NCBI GenBank assembly: GCA_002633005.1
Contig: NMRA01000079.1
Coordinates: 1 to 56,735 of the forward strand
Length of the DNA: 56,735 bases
Source of the DNA: Phoronis australis
Lineage: Eukaryota; Animalia; Phoronida
Direction: 5' to 3'
Of the stretch, positions 35,227 through 47,381 are shown in pieces. Below the pieces are notes generated by a model. That model was given only the letters and a program-made list of their open reading frames with translations, did no database searches and was not told where the DNA came from. Within the stretch, counting starts at the first letter, position 1, and every line of letters starts with the position of its first letter. The translations under genes and the position numbers were made by a program.

Positions 35227-37260
35227 ATGAAAACACTTCTTGGCATTTACCTGATGCTTTGGGCAGTATTATACTCTACTAGGCCTTCTCAGGCTGAATC
35301 GACGTCATCACAACATGTAATTAATTGGCGGTTTGCCGGTATAATGCGAAGGAACAGCAAAGCAACACCAAATACTCCCACCGGAACTGTACTTGAAGTA
35401 TTTGTAAGGGAAAAAAAGGCCATTCTCAATGGTCCCTCGCAGTATTCTTTTGGCTGCAACGGGGAAGAGCCCGGGCCAGCTATTTCGAAACGGACATTCG
35501 AAGATGGAAAAATTCTCACTTACTTCAATCTGAGAAATGCTACAAATTTCCAAACGAGACGTTTCATTTGGGTAGAAAACAAATTTGGAAAACCTCTTTT
35601 GACCTATCACATTTGGTTTGACTTCTTTTCCTTTGGTTTATTTAACACGGATATCAAAGACATTGAGGTCAGTGTTTCAGAATCATGCAAGTGGGATGAT
35701 GATTCACAACTGTTCAAGGAACTCTTGCTCTCGTTGTCAGAGATATTGAAAAATACATCGCAACGCTCATCATTCTGTTATCGTAAATATGGTCCCGGTG
35801 GTTTCGAAAATACATATTGTTGTCAAATTTCTAATTCGAAAAGCTGTGAAACAATTGAGTGGAATCAAGAATTACGGTTGTGTATGGTTATATGTTTAAC
35901 CATTCTTTTCCCTGTGATCTTTTCCTATTTTCTCCCAAAAATCGAACCAGTTAAAGAACACGACGGTAACAAGCTCATCGGTCTGACTGGTACGACTCCA
36001 CTGCGATTAACACACCCCGTTCGATTCATTGTTTTAAATTTCAGAAAGTTTATCTGGAAATCTAAAGCATACGATATGTTTTTCTATCTTTTTTTCTGTG
36101 GGACGTATTACGTAATGATACGAATCCTGATATCCTTCTGGCCCTTTCCATTTCGCCAGCCCAATCGAACTATCAATGACTACAGTGACATTATTATCCA
36201 TTTGGTGTTGTCACTCTTGTTGATCGTAATGCCCATTTTTCACCTTCCATTGGCTCTGCGAGATACAAAACGTGACGACTTTTACAAAAAACCCGTCCTA
36301 GACCTGCCAAAAAATTTGAGATTTAAAGGGCCCCCATCTATTGAAAATATAATGCTTCACAGGATGACGTTATTTACTGAAAAGGAATTTTGGAAATATT
36401 GGTGTCGAACAATATGCAGATCGCCTAAATCCTTTATTAAAACCAGTTTCCAATTAGTATGTCTTTTGCCGATGCCTTTCTTTACAGTCTTTTCCTCATC
36501 AGTTGTCAAACGTCAAGACACAACCTGTTACAGCAAGTTTCTCCGATTCCTGATGTTCTTCTTGTATATAGCGTGGTATGGGTGTGTAGCTGCAAGTTGT
36601 TTCACAGTTGTTAGCTGTTTTGAATATACCATAAGGGGGTTAGTCAAAAATCAATCACACATATTTACTGATCTTTTGCTCATTTTGTTTGTGGTTTCTT
36701 TTATTTTTAAAGTTCTATATAACTTAGAACACCGGTACACCATTTATAATAAAATTATTTTTGAAGTTGCCGTCGAAAATTTAAATGAAGACTCTAAAAT
36801 GTTGGTCAAGGATAATGACGTTCTCTTCATATCTAAAAAATTGTACAGTCACATCATCGATAAGTTGTTTCCTGTTGGGCTTCGTGAACTCAAAGTATTG
36901 GCCAAACTTGTTGTAGGTGGGATATTTTTTGCATTTGTTCGTATAACGATTAACGATTTTAGTATCAAATGGTCGCCTTCCGGAGCTGCTGTTATTTCGA
37001 CGGCTGCCTTTGCTGTTCCAAACGTCTTGGAGTACTTTAACGTTGGAGCTGATGTGTCGGATTATCGCTTGAAATATAAAATTAGGAACACTATCGACGA
37101 TTTCATGGAAAAGACACATGGCGATGAGTTTGAGCATAGAGACAGTGCAGGGACAGAGCGAACGAACGACGCTAATGAAGATGAAGGAGACGATTCGTTG
37201 GTGACACTCCGAACTGGTGATCAAGAATACCCACTTCTGTATCGTGAAACTTCTGTTTAA
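35227..37260 (+). CDS. Uncharacterised signal-peptide multi-pass membrane protein (~677 aa, ~8 TM), single coding exon
   Basis: Uninterrupted 2 kb ORF in TE-rich DNA. Signal peptide MKTLLGIYLMLWAVLYSTRPSQA, Cys-containing ectodomain, ~8 hydrophobic segments and an acidic tail. Splice acceptors (ttttttacag, gtttttcag) lie just upstream of the ATG. AATAAA at 37683. Confidence 0.85.
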   Translation: MKTLLGIYLMLWAVLYSTRPSQAESTSSQHVINWRFAGIMRRNSKATPNTPTGTVLEVFVREKKAILNGPSQYSFGCNGEEPGPAISKRTFEDGKILTYFNLRNATNFQTRRFIWVENKFGKPLLTYHIWFDFFSFGLFNTDIKDIEVSVSESCKWDDDSQLFKELLLSLSEILKNTSQRSSFCYRKYGPGGFENTYCCQISNSKSCETIEWNQELRLCMVICLTILFPVIFSYFLPKIEPVKEHDGNKLIGLTGTTPLRLTHPVRFIVLNFRKFIWKSKAYDMFFYLFFCGTYYVMIRILISFWPFPFRQPNRTINDYSDIIIHLVLSLLLIVMPIFHLPLALRDTKRDDFYKKPVLDLPKNLRFKGPPSIENIMLHRMTLFTEKEFWKYWCRTICRSPKSFIKTSFQLVCLLPMPFFTVFSSSVVKRQDTTCYSKFLRFLMFFLYIAWYGCVAASCFTVVSCFEYTIRGLVKNQSHIFTDLLLILFVVSFIFKVLYNLEHRYTIYNKIIFEVAVENLNEDSKMLVKDNDVLFISKKLYSHIIDKLFPVGLRELKVLAKLVVGGIFFAFVRITINDFSIKWSPSGAAVISTAAFAVPNVLEYFNVGADVSDYRLKYKIRNTIDDFMEKTHGDEFEHRDSAGTERTNDANEDEGDDSLVTLRTGDQEYPLLYRETSV

Positions 37261-38269
37261 ACTAAATTGTTCATAACTTCAATACAGCCAAGTTCCCGTC
37301 GCTCTAGCGAGAAGAAGTAACCATGGCTCCTACTTTCTATTGTGTTACGGAAGTCTTTTCCGGACCACGCCAGAGACAGTCACAAATTTAAACATTTTTC
37401 TAGGTACATATTCGGTCTTAAGATCCAAAAACTCATGCATTGCTTATAAATATTGTTGCTTCTGATTTCCATATCTGTGCATGTTTTTGTTTATATATGT
37501 TCGTAATAGCATATCTAAATATTTGAATAGTATTACTTACATTAGATGCTAGTTACATATATATAGCTCTATGTACATGTACATGTATACTACTTTCATC
37601 CATGAACTGTCTACAACCCAGATATAATGCTTCGCGAGTTATGGCTTTGTCATTATTTCTTTGTATGCCTTGCGTATTCTTAAATAAATATATATCACCT
37701 TAAACATTTCCAGAAATGCCGAGTTTTTGGTAGACAGTCAGATGGGTTTGCATTCCTATCCCGTTTTCCAGAAATAGTTTGGCGTTCTTGTTTGTTTTTG
37801 CATTTATTGATTTAGAGCGTAAGCCTTAATTGTCTCCGAAGGTTTGATACTTTCACTGAATATCGTTTGAAATCCATCGCTGAGCATAAAAATTTTCGGC
37901 CTGTCGCCAACGTATTGTGTCGCTTGGGCTTAACTCTAAAATTACTTGCCGGACACAGGGAGTTTGCGAGTAAGGTGGTATTTGAAACTATCCAGGTTCA
38001 ACAGCCGGGGAGGTCGACGGTCACAGGTTTGTCTTCTATAAAAGCAAAAGAAAATACATACATATAAGGAAATAAAACTATTTTGCCTTAAAGTGCTTCG
38101 AATAACTATTGAAATAGTGCACGTGAAATTTTTTACTACCTATTTGGTGTGATTTCATTTGGTAATGTTTCAATTATTCCTGTGTATTTTGAAATAAGAA
38201 TTTCAATCAAAATTCCAACCAAGATAATATTAGCCAAAAGAAACAAGCCAACTTGTTCCCCTCTATAGC

Positions 38270-39780
38270 GGCCGATGTTGAGAGAGTATACCCTCAGTCG
38301 GATGACTTTTCTACGGACTGAAAAACTTCAAGATTTTGGAAAGTCATTGCTTGATATTTGTTGCGAGATGAATATCCTTTGTCTGACTGCGGAATCGGAG
38401 GTAGACTGGAAATGCCGAGCAAGAATTCACGTGTTGCACTGCCTAAGGATGCAGTACCGTTGATTGCATGATTTTTTCGTCAGAGCTGCATGTATTTCCA
38501 AATGTTCTTGATTTTAATGTTAACGCCTGGGATGAGTCGAGCTATTAACCAATATTCTGTACACCTGGAGTTACGATTGACTTTGTTAATACTCCCGGTG
38601 TAAACCTTCCTGCAAGTAATGATTATTGTAATCTGCATACATTTAGAAAGATTGTGTGGAATGACATTTTGCGCCCTAGTTTTAATGAAAATTTCAATAT
38701 ACTCTATGAGAACTTAACAACAGATATGATGACTTCTTGTCGAATGATGATGTAGAGGGAGTTATGCAGCTTCTTGAGACGGCACTCATATCGTCTGGTT
38801 TAGATATGGTTCGTGAACAATCCGGTAGAGGGAGCAACTGTCCTAACTCTCAAAGGCCATGGTGGGACCACGAGATTGAAAAGTTGAAACACCAGAGGAG
38901 GTCTATCCGATTGAAATTTAGGCAGTTTAAGTTGCAGGAATATCTTGCCCTGTATAAAATTCTGCGGTCAAGGACAAGGAACTTTTTGAAGAAAAACCAA
39001 ACGGGTTTTCGAAATGAATACTCCAAAGTTAATCACATGTTATTATTTCTATATAGAGTTTTGCGCAAAAATGCTTAAGCAAGCAGAGATGTCGTTTTTA
39101 ACGTTGCTTTGTCATTTTCGCTGAGATCTTTGATACTATCCCACATTATTGTTGATCGTTTTGGCTACAAAACATTGGAATTCACTGGAAAATGCTAACC
39201 ATTTTGAAGTCTATGTACAGTCAATTAAGAGCATGTATGCGAGCTGATGTTGATTTTACAGACTATTTCAAAAATTCAAAAGGTATTAATCAAAGCTGTT
39301 TTTAAATCCATTCCTCTTTAGTATGTTTTTGAAAGAATGTTTGGATTACACCGTGAATGTCTGCAATCGTGGAATTATTATGAATGAGAATATGTACCAG
39401 AAAGAGGACGTCTTTTATATCAATCATTTGAAATGATTTTCAAGCTTGTTCAGTAACATGATGGCGGTCGCAGAAACAATTGAATACTTTGTACAGGTAC
39501 TGTGTAGATTGGACATGGACGTAAACCCAAAAAAGTGTATGTAGGTATGGTTTTGGTCTGGTGTGTTTGCAACACAGTGTCCAGTGTGAGGAATTGTTTT
39601 TCATACATTGTAACTCTTGAACAGAGGCTCAGAAACTGACAATTTACAGGAGTGGGACAACATTAAGCTGTATAGTACTAAATTCGAAACTTTAATCAAA
39701 AACGATTTTGGATTTGAATCGCAACTAGCTTTGCCAATACCATTTAGTTTTGTTACCTCTATGGTAAGACTCTAAGTCCT
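38270..39780 (+). mobile_element. Highly decayed non-LTR retrotransposon (endonuclease end, linker, RT remnants)
   Basis: FGKSLLDICCEMNILCL, PWWDHEIEKLK, NQTGFR, FDTIPH-like, GIHWKMLTILKSMYSQLRACM, and PFLFSMFL. Confidence 0.7.
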
Positions 39781-42324
39781 CCGCTGGTGCTCTGTCTTGA
39801 AGTCACGTTGGAGACTAACATGTTCAACTTGACTAATCACGATACATACCATAACTAATATTATAGCTTTTTAGAACGAAATGTAACCTTAGAAATCCAA
39901 GCTCGTTTAGCTTCGGTCGAGCCATTGATAATGATGGTCAACATCTTGGAGCAGTCTGATCAATTTCTAGCACACACCGTGTGGTTCCCGGGTTGACATA
40001 CTTTCAACTGAACTCTCCCTCCTTGGATCATTGGTGTCTGTCATGCCTTGTCGTAAGGTTATCACCTACTCGATTTAAACATAAATACAACTATTTCGGT
40101 GCTTACATGTACCTACTACAAAATGCTAACTTATGAAATGTGGGATCAGCGAATTCATTTTTTCTGTTATTGTCACGAAAACAGAAGCAACTCTGACAAA
40201 GATGCGAAATTGACATGGGTTACTGACAAGTCGCCACCTGGCGTTAAATTAATCGAAATCTTTTTGAAACTAGATCAATTTCTGTGCACACTGTTAGCTT
40301 ATCAAAGAACTCAAAGACTGGAATGCCTGCGCGTGACAAATCCATTCTGGCCGCAAGTTTTGATATACTATAGTGGTTATATGGGCTGCGCAGCACTGAA
40401 ATAAGTGGGGCTGGGGCTAATTTCCGATGCTCTAAGCCTCCTCCATTAAGATGGTCCTGTTACCGGGGGAGGGGTACTCTAATAGAAGAGGTACAGGGTA
40501 CAGGGGACTTGCCGCCAAAAGGGTACCATTTTCGAAAAAAAATACCCTCTGAAAAGGTGTTTTTTTGAATTTTTAAAACAAAAATGTGCAAAAATGGGTT
40601 GGTATCTTAATTTTCAGAGAGGCAATTCAGTCCAAAGTGTTCGATTACCCCCTTCTTCCGTTCAGTTTTTTGGTGTGTTTATTGTTTACTGCAATAAATT
40701 AAGACAGCAACGAAAAGGAGACGCACGATGTTTAACAAATATTCATATTATCTGACATGACTGAGTATTCGACAGAGCAAAAAAAATTAATGTTGTTTTG
40801 TCTGTTGTCGCTTACTCTTGCAATTGAACAAGTTAAACACTGGTTGTCTAGTTTACGCAGCTCAGTAACCAACAAGAAGACAAACGATATTTTGGTATGT
40901 CTTGATTGACAGAGCTAAAATTGTTTCACCTGTTGTCGTTTACGCCTACAAACTTATTAATAATATCAAGGAGGTTTATTTTATCCAACCGTTCTCCATG
41001 ACTGTTCAGAATGCTCAAGTTCATGAATCTGTCCTATCCCATAGTTGATCGTCACCACGTGTTTACTCTCCTTGCGGTAGAAAACGTTCTCTCTACCGAC
41101 GCACTGGTAGCAGGGTTCACTAAAACAAGTTGGAAAAGCGTTACTACATTGTTGATGTAAAATAGTAAAACTAGTAAAACTAAAATGACGAGCGTCGGTA
41201 CTAAAATATATTAAAATACCCCAACGTATCGAGCAATGCGCTCTTTCTCTGAATACATGTGGATACATCTAAAATAAAGCGACACAGGGGACCACATAGT
41301 GACATACATGTACAATAAACGTGAACAATATTAACACAACAGGACATAGCAACTACCAGTGGGGTAGGCCTACGTATGACGAGACAGAGTCAGGTTATTC
41401 GCTGTCGCCGTATATGCACTGACGATGCGGATTTCTGTAGAGAAATTTCACTGGCCACTGGCGGCCATTGTTGTTTCATGAACCGTAGAGACGTCTAGCG
41501 GGTTTGGGGGAAAAATAATATTGCTGATACATGTACTCGTGGTCAGTGGTCACAGAGACAAGATATTTTATCTGTCCATGTAGTTCATATAGATTTCCCA
41601 TAGTAAATACTTCTGAGGTGAGTGCTGTGTTAAATAACTTCAAAACAAGATACGGCGGCTGCAGTTCCTAAAAAGAGGATCAAAGGAGCTTTTTGCGCTG
41701 CAGCAACAATCACTTGAAAAATCGGGACTTGCACTTCTCCCCAATGATAAAGACAGGTGAGATATACGAGTGATTGGAAGAATTCTTTTTGTAAAAATGC
41801 TGCCAGTCAACCATTGATGTTGGCAAAGCGATTTGAACTTGTCTTACCTTTAAGTTTCAAGGCTTTATTTGATTACTCAAAGCAAAATTGTGGTAATCAG
41901 ATACATGGCCGGGATGATGGGTACTTGATTTTATAGCCAGTTACTACCAATGAATTACGCCGTTATTCAGTGGTAGTAACTGGTTCTCAAATGAATCTTG
42001 AGTGAGGGACACACCTATCAAACTATAACCGAAATTGTCTTGAATGTGTTTCATGACTTAGAGCCTGCTGATAACTTGTGTTTCTATTCTATGATTGGAT
42101 CTAAATTGTAATTTCTTTCATTTCTTCAATTCATTTTCTGTTTATACATTCAGATCCAAGAGATAGGTGATAAACAGCAAATGTGAGGATCTTCTAAGGA
42201 GAAATGCTGTGATGTTAACTTAGTCCAGTAGACTAGTATGGGCTTAAGTCTTTACTGTATTGGACCTTCATTGTACTTTGAAGGACCTATAATCCCAAGG
42301 GTCATTACTTGAAAAATATATCAA

Positions 42325-42357
42325 NNNNNNNNNNNNNNNNNNNNNNNNNNNNNNNNN
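42325..42357. other. Assembly gap (N run)
   Basis: 33 N characters. Confidence 1.
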
Positions 42358-42369
42358 AAAAAAAAAAAA

Positions 42370-42527
42370 ACAAACTTAGTGGAAGAGCAACATACTTGGC
42401 GAAATTTATTTCGCCAAGTAAAAAAAACTTGCTGTCAGAGCAACATACTTGACGGAATTCGAAGAATTCCGCCAAGTAAAAACTTGCTGTCAAAGCAACA
42501 TACTTGGCGGAAGAATTCCGCCAAGTA
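42370..42527 (-). repeat. Three 5'-hairpin modules of the same Helentron-like family, next to the gap
   Basis: aaacttagtggaagagcaacatacttggcgaaatttatttcgccaagt (A type) plus two cttgctgtca.agcaacatacttg.cgg...ttccgccaagt copies (B type). Confidence 0.85.
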
Positions 42528-42810
42528 ATCAGGCGTTATTGCAAAGCAACATTACTACGAAGGGTGATTACTTAGCTACATTAATGGGAAAGAGTGAGTG
42601 ACGTTGCGTAGACAATATTGTTGATGCCACATATTTTTCCTGCATGTTGTATTTGTTATAATGTAAATGATACTTTTTCCAACCAATAGATCACAGCTAC
42701 GCCACGAGTGAGCCCAGTGAAACAATCCCATCTGCTGAGCACCATACTTAGGTGAGGTAATAGGACATAATTGATAATGACCACAATTTCATCATCCATG
42801 ACTGATGGTT

Positions 42811-42936
42811 TTGTTATACCTATTGTATTGCTACCTGAAGCTCATCTCTGTACTTACTATAGTTATAAAAAAGTGGACGCTATTGTTATATCTATTGTAT
42901 TGCTACGTGACGCTAACCTCTCTACTTACTATAGTT
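42811..42936. repeat. Two-copy direct repeat (~54 bp)
   Basis: tgttata.ctattgtattgctac.tga.gct.a.ctct.tacttactatagtta occurs twice. Confidence 0.8.
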
Positions 42937-43359
42937 ACTCTGTTGGTTTTGATTTCATGACTTGGATGTATACTTTTATTGATTTGAAATGGTATTTTAA
43001 GTATTTGTTTGGTTTAACACACTTGGTATTTTCAAGCCCTTTGATTAAAAAATATGCTGAAAATCAGAGAATGAGTGTTGAGTCAGGCTGTTTGTTAAAA
43101 ATGTAGGTGTGGACAAGTAGACAGTTTTAGGCAGTTAATATGTGTAGATACCTTAAATGTATTTTTGTATTCATTCATTTCAGAAAGTTGTTGATGCCGA
43201 AATGTCTGCACCCAGCGGTCCCTATTGTGCCTGTAACTGTAGAGGGAATTGTCAGTGGTGCTGTCGGATTAGGCATGGCGCCAGTAACTGCAGTATCTTT
43301 GGTGCTACCATCAGAGACTGTAGATAGGGAGTCAGTCCACCCAGCGAAATCCCATCGGA

Positions 43360-43803
43360 CGGCCACTGGCGGACATTGTTGTTTCAAGGACCGTAGAGAC
43401 GTCTAGCGAGTGTGCGTGCAATAAACAAATGTGGCAAGATATCACTGACTGCTCCCGTTAGTAAAAAGCAATGGTACTTTTTGCACTGCCTACGGCTGCA
43501 GCAACAGTTAATTGAAAATTCGTGACTTATGCATTTTTGCTTCCTCAATGATTAAGATAGGTGATGTTCATGCTTGAAACAGAGGATATTTCTGCGTGAA
43601 ACTGTTGCCAGTCATTTAGTGATGGACTGGGTGATTTGAACTTAATGTCTTTACTGTTTCCTGCATTCGATTGCTGATATAGAAAATTATCATAAATTGT
43701 TTGCATGATTTTTAGAATTACTGATTAGTATTATCTATGCCCATTGATGCTTCTAATTTTTTCATTTCGTTCTGCAGTCTTAATACATTCAGATCTAAAA
43801 GAT
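43360..43803 (+). pseudogene. THAP-domain pseudogene, truncated copy 2
   Basis: Shares the upstream ggccactggcgg.cattgttgtttca.g.accgtagagacgtctagcg with ~41452. ATG at 43471, then FCTAYGCSNS (THAP CxxxxC) ...ND.DR|gtgat (donor 43561). Same acceptor atacattcag|atctaaaaga at 43793. Confidence 0.6.
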
Positions 43804-44530
43804 CATTATATTTACTATTATTTACTAATTTTTAGTAATTTTATTTTTGTTTTTATCATATATTTGTTTTTATATCTATTCTTGATTATTTATTATTATT
43901 ATTTTTGTTTATTTTCTATTACTTATTTAAATTATTTCTTGTGATCCCATACAGTCAACATCCTGGCTGTCGTTGATCAATAATATATATAATATGACCA
44001 TGATATGGACTTCAGTGCATAATAAATATTACTTTTATAGTTTGGTAACCTACTTGATTATTTTCCATAGGAAGTGGTGAAGGAAGTGTTCTTTTAAAGG
44101 CACATTGAGCCATACTTCTGTGAGCACTTCGGTAGTATGTGTAGTACTTTGGAAACTTGTTACACTCCAGTGACGATGTCGTTTGTTTAGACTTTTGTTT
44201 TGACATGGGTCTTAAAACATCAAGTCAGGATATAAGGCGTCGTTATGTTATTTACTTTGAAGTTGGCCTGCCGAACTAACTACTGATAGTTGATTTTAAA
44301 AATGTGAATGATTTACGAGAGCTGGAAAGCATCGTAAAAAATACCCGAAATGGATTGCGTATTCAATAGGCATTTTGGCTGTTTTATGGGGGCATGCAGG
44401 CAGGTTTACTGGACTTCTGGCAGGAATTCCATCTCTTGCTGGTTTGGAACCCCTACCCCTCTTGCCTCCAGTTTCATTCACCACAACTCACCCCAATTCG
44501 CTACCCATTTCAGATACCATCGGGCACGGA

Positions 44531-45040
44531 TGCTTGGGGTGCAGTGAATCAGTCCCAAATAGCGACTCCACTGTTCCCTAAAACTACTACGTTTTTGGGA
44601 GTTTTCTACATTGAATTCTCAATATGATTGAAAATAAGTAGGGATATTTTCATGCAATGTGTCTAATTTAAGGACTAAGTCCCTAAATGTTTTGACTGAA
44701 TTAAGAGCTCAGTTTTTAGTAATATCATTATATAACGTCATAAGTCAAAAGAGGAACTCATAATCAAGATAAAAAGATAGAAAATATAAAAACTGTGAGC
44801 AAAAAACAAAAAGATGCCTAAAAGATTTACCAACTCAATTGAGTACAGGCGGATAAAGGGTGGGGGTCAAAGGGGTCTGGACCCCCCATTTTCCTTGATT
44901 GTAGTGATATCAATGCTAGAATTTTCAAATTGTTGACTTGGCCACCTTTCTTAAAAAATCATTATCCGGCCCCCCCTTTAAAAAATCCTAGATATGACCA
45001 TGTTGGGTCGATATTTGGGACAGTTTCATGTAAATGGGCA
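44531..45040. mobile_element. Harbinger-type MITE (same family as 52008-52353) with a nested insertion
   Basis: Colinear with 52008-52353 (cagtcccaaatag, agtcccta, gctcag, gtcataagtcaaa, aactcat.atcaagat). Right TIR gggacagtttcatgtaaatgggca followed by CAG. Confidence 0.7.
44844..45002. mobile_element. Nested G/C-run MITE related to 22645-22972
   Basis: tacaggcggata...gggggtc..aggggtctggaccccc...aaatcctagatatgaccatg, with an imperfect 5-bp TSD TTGAG/TTGGG. Confidence 0.55.
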
Positions 45041-45665
45041 CAGACATAACTGCTTGAATCTAGAACGTCTTTAAGTTGTGAATTTTCGAAAGAAAGATCT
45101 ACTAATGTTTCCATTTTATTTTTAAACAAAGTTTGTAAGTTGAAAGGTTACATAATTAATTGTTAATTAATTGATATTAACACCTGGAATATTGGGGGAA
45201 GAAAGCTATCTCTGCCCCCAACCTTTCAATTGGTCGGGGGGCACCCCCACTCCTGTCTCTTCTTCTGCAGATCCATTTGATGTTTATTACATTCCTGACC
45301 CCCCTGGACAAAATCCTACAGGTTTGGTACCTGCACATTCTTCAATAACCTACTTTCATCTGCTCAGCTCTTATTACTTAGTCTCCGGCCTCTTGCTTAT
45401 GATGTATTTCTCGTAATTCACATTACCTTTGCTGCCCACATTTTTCTTGGTTTACTCTATATTTTGCCTATGTGTATTTTTCCATTACAGTGCTCGTGTT
45501 TTTTGTTTTTAATATTTTAAAAAAGACACTTCACTGACAATTTTGAATTTGACAAACAAAGATTGGCCATAGTCAATGTCTTGCGTACTTCGTCGGCCCA
45601 CACACACCCGCTAGGTGTCGCCACGGTCCATGACGCAACAATGGCGGCGGCCTTGGTGAATAGTC

Positions 45666-46380
45666 TTGTTAGCGTCTTTGGTACAATCTATTTCTAGGGA
45701 CGAACTCCTGGTCCCTAAGGACCAGATGAATACGCAAGATAAGAACATGTTCATTCCTTTTGTCACTACTTTTCATCACAGTGTGAGCAGAACTCTGAAT
45801 AGGATTATTGATGAACTCAGTCCGCTGTTAGACGACGAGTACTTAACTAGGGCTTTCCCCTTGATGCCCCGTTTGGTTTTTAGACAGCCTCCCAATCTTA
45901 GGACTGAATCTGCTAGTTAGAAGCAGGTTCATTACCATAGATCACCATGCAAGAGGTTAGCTCTGTGAGATGTGACAAACCCAGGTGCTTGACTTGCACC
46001 CACATATCAGGGGAGTCAGTCACAAGTCGCTATGGTGTCTCGTGAGATCAGAGAAAAATTTTCGTGCTCGAGTGCGGGCATTGTTTATCTTATTAGATGT
46101 GATAAATGTCCCTACGCGTGGTACTTTGGGGAGACTTGTAACTCGTTACGCACTACTATGAACGGCCATAGGCAGACGATTCTCACAATAATAGGTCGAT
46201 TCCTCATTGGTTAACATTTCAACCTCCTGGGCCATACTACCAGTGACGTCAATGTACTTTTAGTCAAAGGTGGACTTTTGGACATTTACGCACGTAGAAA
46301 ATGCGAGGCTGAATTCATCGCAAAGTTTAACACTCACGCCAGAGGCCTAAACAGAGACATAGGGGTTCTGTCTCACTACA
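45666..46380 (+). mobile_element. Penelope-like element, C-terminal GIY-YIG endonuclease fragment
   Basis: IPFVTTFH, FRQPPNLR, CDKPRCLTCTHI, FSCSSAGIVYLIRCDKC..WYFGETCNSLRTTMNGHR, HFN, RRKCEAEFIAKFNT..RGLNRD. Confidence 0.9.
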
Positions 46381-47381
46381 AGTCTCCCCCTCTCCCCCTC
46401 CCCCCCTCTCCCCNNNCCCCTCCCCCCTCCCGTGTAAACATTATGTTATCACTCCACCTCTGATAGCTAGATTAAACAATTGGCATTCAAGTACAGCTGA
46501 AACCATGTAGGAATTCAAAAAAGTAAGCACGTAAATTCTTGGCCGACTTTAAAAGTAGAAGAAATAATTGAAAATAAATTCAAATTTGCAGGACATGAAA
46601 ACTTTCATTTGAACAAAAGACTTCGGCAAGATAAGGGCTGTATTTTATTCTGCAATCATGAATACAGTGTTAGCTGAGTGAGACTAATCAGAACTTTTCA
46701 CAAATATGTACTGACGAACACCAACGATATATAAACACGATAGCGGCGGTATGGCCAGTAAATATTCCTTACAGTAAATACACAGCATATGGACACAACA
46801 TAACAGAGTGACACTTCAATGGCATCTCATCATTACATACTATGCGCGAAATGTAGTAGAACAGTCATTAATGAAGTTTTGAAGTGTGTAGCTCTAAGCT
46901 AGTTAAATACTCCCCTCATCAAGTTCTTTAAACGGAAAAGTAAAACACCGTATTTCATTAATTTGTGGCACTCGCACGTTACAAAAGGACATTATATGTT
47001 CAACGGTCAAAAGCATAGTTTTGGATGTTATTGTTGACTTAGACGTATATCCTAAGTTTACGTAGGATATTTTGTATCTAACAAAAATCAGTTATTGAAA
47101 ATTTATAATTCTCGCCGTTCTGCCAGATATTCGCTGAATCAATGCTGCTGTCTATCATTTTAACTCGCATATCGCATCGGTTAAGGCTCAGACGTCAGTT
47201 TTCAAGCGTTTCCGAAGAATTACTTTTCTCGCTGATAATGTTGCTGCATGATTGCGAAAGTCGGAACAACAATTGCTATAACCGGGTGTTTTGACAATAC
47301 GACTTGCAAGTTCCACATTTCAGTGTATATTGTATTTTATTAAACAAACATTCAATAGCAACACCTGGAAACAGCAACGTT

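Larger units (their letters stand above)
41690..43360 (+). pseudogene. Intron-containing THAP-domain pseudogene (copy 1), probably transposon-derived
   Basis: Exon 1 FCA..CSNNHLKNRDLHF.PNDKDR|gtgag (donor 41757). Acceptor atacattcag|42154 reads SKR*VINSKCEDLLRRN...RL (cf. THAP RxxxWVxNxRRxDL). Exon 42690-42751 begins DHSY (HCF-1-binding motif). Possible further exon at 43183-43360. Confidence 0.55.

Noticed and set aside
35289-37224. Antisense ORFs within the 8-TM gene, and likewise 49043-50013 within the GPCR
   Set aside because: These are shadow ORFs of real coding sequence with no independent features.
43744-43944. Very hydrophobic 66-aa ORF
   Set aside because: It is a translation of an AT-rich (TTA/TAT) low-complexity tract.
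46385-46431. C-run tract (potential G-quadruplex on the minus strand) after the Penelope fragment
   Set aside because: It is low-complexity and contains Ns, so the sequence is unreliable.
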